This document shows, piece after piece, positions 57,116 to 64,000 of a stretch of 64,000 nt of DNA. Each line of letters begins with the position of its first letter. The first letter of the stretch is position 1. The stretch covers positions 69,690,001 through 69,754,000 of the forward strand of contig OZ076409.1 of the NCBI GenBank assembly GCA_964187785.1, in the 5' to 3' direction. This DNA is from Amphiscolops sp. MND2022. Lineage: Eukaryota. The translations under genes were made by a program, and so were the position numbers. The notes beneath the pieces were generated by a model. That model was not told the DNA's origin and did no database searches. It worked only from the letters and a program-made list of their open reading frames with translations.

Positions 57116-60100
57116 GTTTTATGCAGCTTTTGAATGATTTCATGAGTATGAATATGTGTTCAACGACCTAATTAGTTAGCTACATGACTTATTTCATCAA
57201 AGAAATGTTTTTTATATTTTTAGAGAGGAAGCGTTCTGTCGAAACAATCACAAGGTTAAGAGCCAAAAAAAGTCAAAAGTTTTAAATTTTGGGACTTTTT
57301 GTGGAAGTTCAGCTGTGTATTGGCGGCGATCAAGCCCTAAAAACATGTCGTTAAAAGTTATTCAGTGCAAAAAATGTTCTGCTGCTCAGCTGGCGTCTTG
57401 TATTAACTTCCTGGTAAAGATGAAAAAAATTGCCACATACATTTTTCAACTTTCAGACAGCATATTCAGTTGTTATTTTCAACAGGCTTTGTAGTGATTT
57501 TTTTGTGAGAATCCTTATTACCATGATTCGAGATGAATCAAGAAAACGATGGCATTTGAATAAAAAACCTTCATTTGATTGTTTTTTCGTCCGCGTATCT
57601 TGATGTTTCAAAAATTCGGGTTGTTTCGACCAATTTTGAGGCGAAACAATCAAAGAATCCCATTGAAACAATCCCATGAAGTGCTGCCCAAACAGCGCAA
57701 TCACAACAATCTGAGGAAATCGTGAAAGCTACAGTAAAATAAATGGAAAAATGTTTGTTTCATGAAAGGAAAAGAATGTATAAATAATGGGCATTAGGAA
57801 ACAATTCGAAGTCTTTCGTTTTCTATGAGAAGAATCCGTCTGTTTAATATTTTATTTTCGCTTTATGTTTTGCAAAACTCAAAACTGTTGTATGGAAAAC
57901 AAGAAATTCTGTCAGTTAATTTTAATGTCATTTTGAGTTTAAACATTATGATAATGCAGAATTTGCATTCTTTGGGAGCTCGCTTTAAAACATGACAATA
58001 ATGGACCGTTTACAATCAAGATCAAAAACTGTCGTTCGTTTCATCTCTCTTCGTTAAAATATTGTCTTCCGTCTATTCTAGTGGATAGAAAAACAGACAT
58101 ATTGTAAACGTTTCAAGCGCTAAAATTATTTTTTTGTTCTCTCGCTCGGTGATTTATGAACAGGAAGTTCTTACTTGGAAGCATAATTATCATATATCTC
58201 TTAAGAAAAAAGAAAAAGCACCAAAAATCACAGTGCTTGAGACACCGTGTCTATTGGTTTTAATTGATAAAAAAAGGTCTTAATATTTTAACTTTTTAAA
58301 GGACACTCAAACTTACCCCCCCCCCCCTTCCTTCATTCCTCCTTTCCGATCTACCTGTTTTTACCCGCCGCGCCACGCCCCATAAAGTGCGCCAAAATCA
58401 ATGCACGGGTTTATTCATTTCATTCGCTCTGCAAATCGATGTTTATTTCTGCGCTAAATAGATATTCAATTTCCCCTGTGAATAAATACATTTCAAGCCA
58501 AGACACGCAAAATGCTTTAATGGTGTTTTCTTCCAGCTCAGGTATCAATTTCGCAATCATTATCACCAATTGCGCCCTTCACATTTTACCTCTTCCTAAG
58601 CCCCATTCTGGCTTATTCCTTTCTTGCGCAATCTTGCAAGTGTTATTCATATTACCCTTACAACCCCTCAATCTTTGAAATTTCAGATTTGCGTGGCGAA
58701 AATTGCGTTTTCCCCGCCAAATTATCAAGCTGGTTCCTACATTGACAAGACTGCAGTTAGACATTGCTTTATATTACCTTTGCCCGCGCCCGGCTCAATT
58801 AGAGGAGTGTCATTTGCAGTTTGTCGCCGGCGGGTAAGAGGAACAAGCAACAAGGTGACTTGAGAATCAGCAAGATATGCTCAAATTCACGACTGATCCG
58901 TCTGCTGCTGCCTCTAGTGCAAAGACCACCCTGGCAGCCGCGCAAAGCAGTCGCCAATCTAAGCGCTTCTCGAATTCACACCAATTCTTCAACAAGAACT
59001 CCAAGGGCTTGACCACAAGGGATGTTGGAATATATACGCTAAATATTGGTTTATACAAAATGTAAAAGTGAGTTATGTTCAATATACAATTTTCATGTCG
59101 TTCAAGTCATTTCGTTTTTGAAAACTTTGATGAATCAGCCATAAATGGGTATTTTGATAACAGAACATGAAACCCAATGCTTTTTGTCTGATAAGATTTG
59201 GGGAATCACATAATATGCGCTAGAAAAGTTACCTAGGATTGAGAACCAACTTGAGTTTATGACCGTTTGAAATAGTGTCCTTTCAAACGTCACACCACTT
59301 TCAAATAAAGCCAAAGCTACGTGCCACTAACTAATCATCGACACGTTGTGACGACATAAATAAGCCAAAGGGCAATAAGTGTCACGAAAGTACAAAAAAG
59401 GCTGAGGTATAACTAATTTTGTTTCACGACTTTTTTGCTTGAACAATTTTCAAGTTTCAGTAATAGTCGATCCAAAATTATTCGGAAACTCATTAGACAC
59501 TTTTTCTATAACTGTTTACCACATTATCGCGCCATCATTTTTCAGGCCATATCTGATAGTCTGATTGAAACTAGTGAAAACTAACTTTCGTTGGGCTTCA
59601 TTCGCGAAAAAGAAATTCATTAAAAAACAATTTCAGATGAAATTTTTTTTGACATTCCTCTGACACCCAGTCCTTCGACACCCGAATTTTCCCGCGCCCA
59701 CCTCTACGACTCATGTCATCCAGTTGCTTACACTGAGGACACCCGAGGGGTGATCTTGCAGCATGAACAAATCAGGCATCTTGTTGACAACACACACACA
59801 CCTTTGGGGTGACTCAAACGCATGGTGACTCGACAGGATAATTCTTAACAGGGAAATAGTTCTAAGCATGGGTGACCTTTCTAAATTATTGCCACTCGAG
59901 TCAGTTTTGTTTTTTATGTGGTTCAATGTTTTTGTTCCAGCTAGTGCACATTCTTTGGGTTGAAAGTTTTCAAAAGTTCGGCAGATGAATTTGCTAAAAA
60001 TAAAGTTTGAGACCAATTAACACTGGACAACAGCATTCAAAAAAGGGGTGAATGGAATAGAGTTCACTTGGTGATGAACGGGTGTGCAGTTCTTTTTTAT

Positions 60101-60153
60101 TCTTAAATATTTTTTGTGTCTATACTCGTGTTGTGAACAAAAGCCTTAATCAG

Positions 60154-60409
60154 GAACAGCAAAAGTGCGGGTAGGATAGTCGCAGATAATTGCGCATATC
60201 GCAGTGGGGATGAATTGTCGGGCGGTGGTAATTGCGGCAATTTTTACGAAAACAGTTTCGGCGGAGTGAACTTTGTGGCTAACGACCCATCGGCGGGTAT
60301 TTATCACGAAATTGGAATCCCCACGTCGCAAGAAGTACCCTTGTCACCTTCTACGGATGAAGGATTCGCGACTCCTACCCTCAAAGTACCTTTCAGTCAG
60401 TTTATCCAG
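60154..60409 (+). CDS. Possible host-gene internal exon, product unknown
   Basis: Locally GC-richer open frame bounded by TAATCAG and CAG/GTTAGA. No recognisable domain. Confidence 0.25.
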
Positions 60410-61147
60410 GTTAGAACAATAATTTATTCATATTTTTAATCTAATAATCTTCATATAATATTCATATTTGCTACATAAATAGACATTTCCTTTGCCTTTG
60501 TAGTTGGTTCATAGAGTTCGAGTAAACTGATAGGACATGATTTACATTCATAGATAACATATCAAATATATTATCTGAAATTTAGGTCGAAATTTTGAAA
60601 GTTCTTGATTTTTCTAATTTAGACTGAATCATACAAGAGTTTCATAGAGTTCAACTGTGTGGTGGATTTGATAGAAGTTCTTAAAGCATTGAGCATGTGT
60701 GAATCACTCACACACTTTCAAAATGATTTGTATGTTCTCTATTCTGCTTCTATATTTTAAGATGGGAATTTCACTAGATGGGATTCATTTTTCTGGGAAA
60801 AAGTGTTTTTTTTTCTTGCTAGCTTTGGTTCAACTAAATTTTTGCCACAACCGGCCTAGAGTTGCCCAAGCTTCGAAATGTGACTGCGTAAATCAATTAA
60901 ATCAGTTAACGTATCAATTTCAGCAAATGTTTTTCTTGCCATTCTTATTATTCACCTTCACTTTGGAAAAATAATTTATTAGTCAAGCAATTTTTCATTT
61001 CAAATCTGTTCATATAGTTTGTTCACCCCTAAAACTATCTGATCGATGTTTACTGGATGCAAAATTAGACAAGCTTCACAGTTTGTGTAAAAGGTCCTGC
61101 AACTGAAAGATTTTCACGCATTTCTTTAATGCTGAAGTGACAATGAA

Positions 61148-63383
61148 TGGTTACATGTCAGTTTGCCCTATGCAACTTCAACTTATGCAATTTCAACAGC
61201 TGTCATTTCAACCGCTCGCAATTTCAACCGCTCGCAATTTCAACTGCTCGCAATTTCAACCGCTCGCAATTTCAACCGCTTGTAATTTCAATTTATTTTA
61301 ATTAGTTCAAGGTCGCGCGTTCTTTGCGAATGTCCTAAAACTAATTGAACATAATCGAAGCGCGGCAAAATAAAAGCACACGAACTGTCACGACGCAAAA
61401 TATTAAACGCATTCGAAACTTTCGTTGCGCAAAAATTTGCAATGTACGAAAAGGACAGAATGATGTAATCGTATAACGCAATTTGAAAAAGCATTCAACA
61501 ACTTGATATTCGCGATCGAAAACTTATTATCGATGACGTCCATTTGAAAATGTGGAAGTGAAGTGACTGAGCATTTGTGATAAGAAGGTTTTTGGTTAAA
61601 CGCTATTAAAAATTCGTCATTAAAAAATTCATTTACAATTAATAACTTAGACAAGTGCTACTCCTTTAAAAGTTTGGTCCGATTCATCTGTCACGCTCTT
61701 GTTGTTTCACGGGCATGGTTCTAATGTGGCTACATCAAAGAGCAGTTATGGGGAGTAGTGCGCCAACCGTTGGTACCCGAGGGAGGACGCAACCGGGTTC
61801 CAGTTATTTGTAACTGATTAAAATTTATTCCCAATGTAAATATTGATTTGAGCAAAACTCAAATTTCAAATACACACTCACAAAATTGAATCATTACAAA
61901 AAACAACAAATCAATGTAGCAAAGTAGTTAGTTCATTGTTTTCATCTAAAGTTGGCGACTGCTCGCAAATGAGGCAAGACGTTCTCCAATTTGTAGCCAT
62001 AATGTATGACTTGCATATGTTTTTGATTTTTTCATAACGGGGGCGCTTGGAACAAACAATCCAAGTCGTCTCTTGATTGTATTTAATTTTCTTCATGTTC
62101 GAATCCTTCTCCCAATTCCGTAGAAGCAACCATTTGTTTGTTTCGAAGTCAGTGAAACAAGCTTGAAGTCCAAAATACCAGCCTTCTAGTGTGAAGGGTC
62201 GCTTTCATGAGTGTGATTGTCTTTCAAACTAATGACCACGTTCTGGTTTATCTTCAAAACGGCTGGGCATTCAATTGAATAGTACTTCGTGCATCTCCAA
62301 TGAAGGCAACTCGAAGTGACTTGTTTTTAGTCGGCGCTTTTCTGGTGAAAAGAGCCCGACTATTACACTGGCTAGTTTTTTTAGTCAGACCACAGACCGT
62401 ATCGTGTGTCTACCACTTTTTAGTACACACTTTACTCGGTTTACGGTGAACCCAGCGGTCTTTGGTTCGAGTCCTTGCTTCAGCCAGAAACTTTTTCAGG
62501 CATTTGTGAAAGCGGACGACACTGAATGGTCCCCACTTTCAAATTTTTTAGCACCGTGCGACTTTTTTTTGCCTTCAAAAGGTCCCACCTTCAAGTTTTT
62601 TTGATATTTTGCAGCAAACTAAAGTGCCAAATAACACAAAGGGTCTCCCTTTTTATGTTTTTGGCACTATGAGACTGTTCAAAATTCTCACTTCAAGTTT
62701 TTTTTCAAAATTTACAAAAAACTCGACATGAAAACAAATTCGAAAAATTTTTTGTCTCCAAATTGTTCCTCCATCGGTTTATTCGATATTTTGCAACAAA
62801 CTGGGTTTTCAAAACACCCGAAGGGTCCCCCTTTTACAGGTTAAAACATTGCGCTTTTTGAGGCTTGGATATAGCACCGATTTTAGACGTTCCCATCTTG
62901 TTGATTGTAACAGTAACCTTTATGTACTGCAATATTGCCCCCTCTATTTGATTTTGATTTGAACTAACATTTTGAGTTTTGAGATTCAAAATTATTGGAC
63001 TTGCTGTGTGGACTAGTTACAATTCAGTTGACTTTGCTATTTATACTACTAAAACGTTGCAAGCAGTTATCACATTTCATAGTGTGAAAGATTATTGTTA
63101 GTCGCTGGACTCTTTTATCACATTTCATAGTGTGAAAGATTATTGTTAGTCGCTGGACTCTTTTTATAGCTTCACTAATTACCATAAAGGCTTTCATAAT
63201 TAGCACTGTTTGAGAGTAATCATGCGGAAGTGTGATAGGTTGAAATTACCGTATGTTGAAATTGCAAAAGGTTGAAATTGTGAACGGTTGAAATTGCAAG
63301 CGGTTGAAATTGTGAACGGTTGAACTGGCAGCGGTTGAAAATGCATAGGTTGAAATTGCATAGGACGAAATGTCCTGACATCA
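61148..63383 (-). mobile_element. MULE copy 2: both ends present, internally deleted, with a DINE-like insertion
   Basis: Imperfect TIRs built from CAATTTCAACC arrays. Colinear with 1-2140 but lacks ~641-1570 of copy 1 (junction ~62190). Carries a 48-bp tandem duplication at 63067-63162. Confidence 0.85.
62327..62902 (-). mobile_element. DINE-1/Helentron-like element inserted in MULE copy 2
   Basis: Absent from copy 1, where the empty site reads GACTTGTTTTTGATTG. Has the family ends TAGTCGGCGC and CCCATCTTGTT. Confidence 0.75.
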
Positions 63384-63830
63384 CAATTGAAACTACCGAA
63401 GCTAATAAATAATAATTTTTATTTTTTAACCAGAATGAAAATGTTCTTTTAGAACGTGGAATCATTGTTTCTGGGTGCGTGCAATGAAGCACATCCTCGA
63501 TCGTTTCACTCTTTTCAAGTCCCAAATTTGTTATATTTGCCAACCTTTTGATAGAGATGCATTTGTTTCACTGAAAAGGTTGACAAAATTTGCTTTTTTT
63601 GCCGAAAAAGGAATTGATATCTATATTTTTCTTGTTCAAGTTCAAAGGAGGTTTCACCAACGTTTGTTGAATGTATACACATTCCTCTTCGCCATTCAAT
63701 TTTTTAAAGCAACGGCTTTTAGTATTTTAATCAACGGTTAGGGAGACTATAGACCTACAATTACAACTCTTGTCAGCCAAATGTGTTTTTTTGTCCACTG
63801 GAGATAGAGGACGCCAAACAATCTAGAGTT

Positions 63831-63890
63831 GAGAGATTCGAACCTGATACCGCCCTAGTGCAGACTGAAGGCTCCAAACACTACACCCTT
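63831..63890 (-). mobile_element. tRNA-derived SINE-like head
   Basis: Minus strand GGTGTAGTGTTTGG...GGTATCAGGTTCGAATC (A box, B box); related to 57047-57115. Confidence 0.5.
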
Positions 63891-64000
63891 CCTGATGATC
63901 ACAAAATGAAACAATCTAAATGTGTCCACACAATGGACCCGTACTGACACTCCATAGCAATCCGCCATTGACCATCCATGGCCCACCAAAGGCGATGGTG

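Noticed and set aside
58821..59082. Possible host exon (MLKFTTDPSAAASS...)
   Set aside because: GC-richer and open, but with no recognisable domain and no convincing in-frame splice donor.
63831..63890. Functional tRNA gene
   Set aside because: A/B boxes are present but no clean cloverleaf or acceptor stem could be built; treated as SINE-like.

Overview
Repeat-dense, AT-rich eukaryotic DNA, probably from an invertebrate animal. It is dominated by two related but diverged full-length Ty3/Gypsy LTR retrotransposons on the minus strand: element 1 at 5927-22281 (TSD AGGAT) and element 2 at 34924-51343 (TSD GCTAT). Both share an unusual ~16.4 kb architecture. (i) The LTRs are 1.75-1.9 kb and contain the first ~195-199 codons of gag, so gag reads through the LTR end and the PBS. 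(ii) gag joins pol by a predicted -1 frameshift at A-AAA-AAC. (iii) Pol order is PR, a degenerate dUTPase-like region, RT, RH, IN. (iv) A ~1280-1290 aa antisense gene has four introns conserved in position and phase; it encodes a BED-type zinc finger and what looks like a catalytically eroded hAT-transposase body. (v) A further sense ORF (CxxC protein) runs across the expected PPT position into the 3' LTR. Element 1 has two nonsense codons in pol, while element 2 has intact gag-pol but one nonsense codon in the antisense gene. The rest of the window holds two decayed copies of a FLYWCH-MULE DNA transposon, nested CCC...GGG MITEs with 2-bp TSDs, a hAT-type MITE, many DINE-1/Helentron-like elements, tRNA-derived SINE-like heads and at most a weak host-exon candidate. 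All homology calls are by eye; no database search was run.
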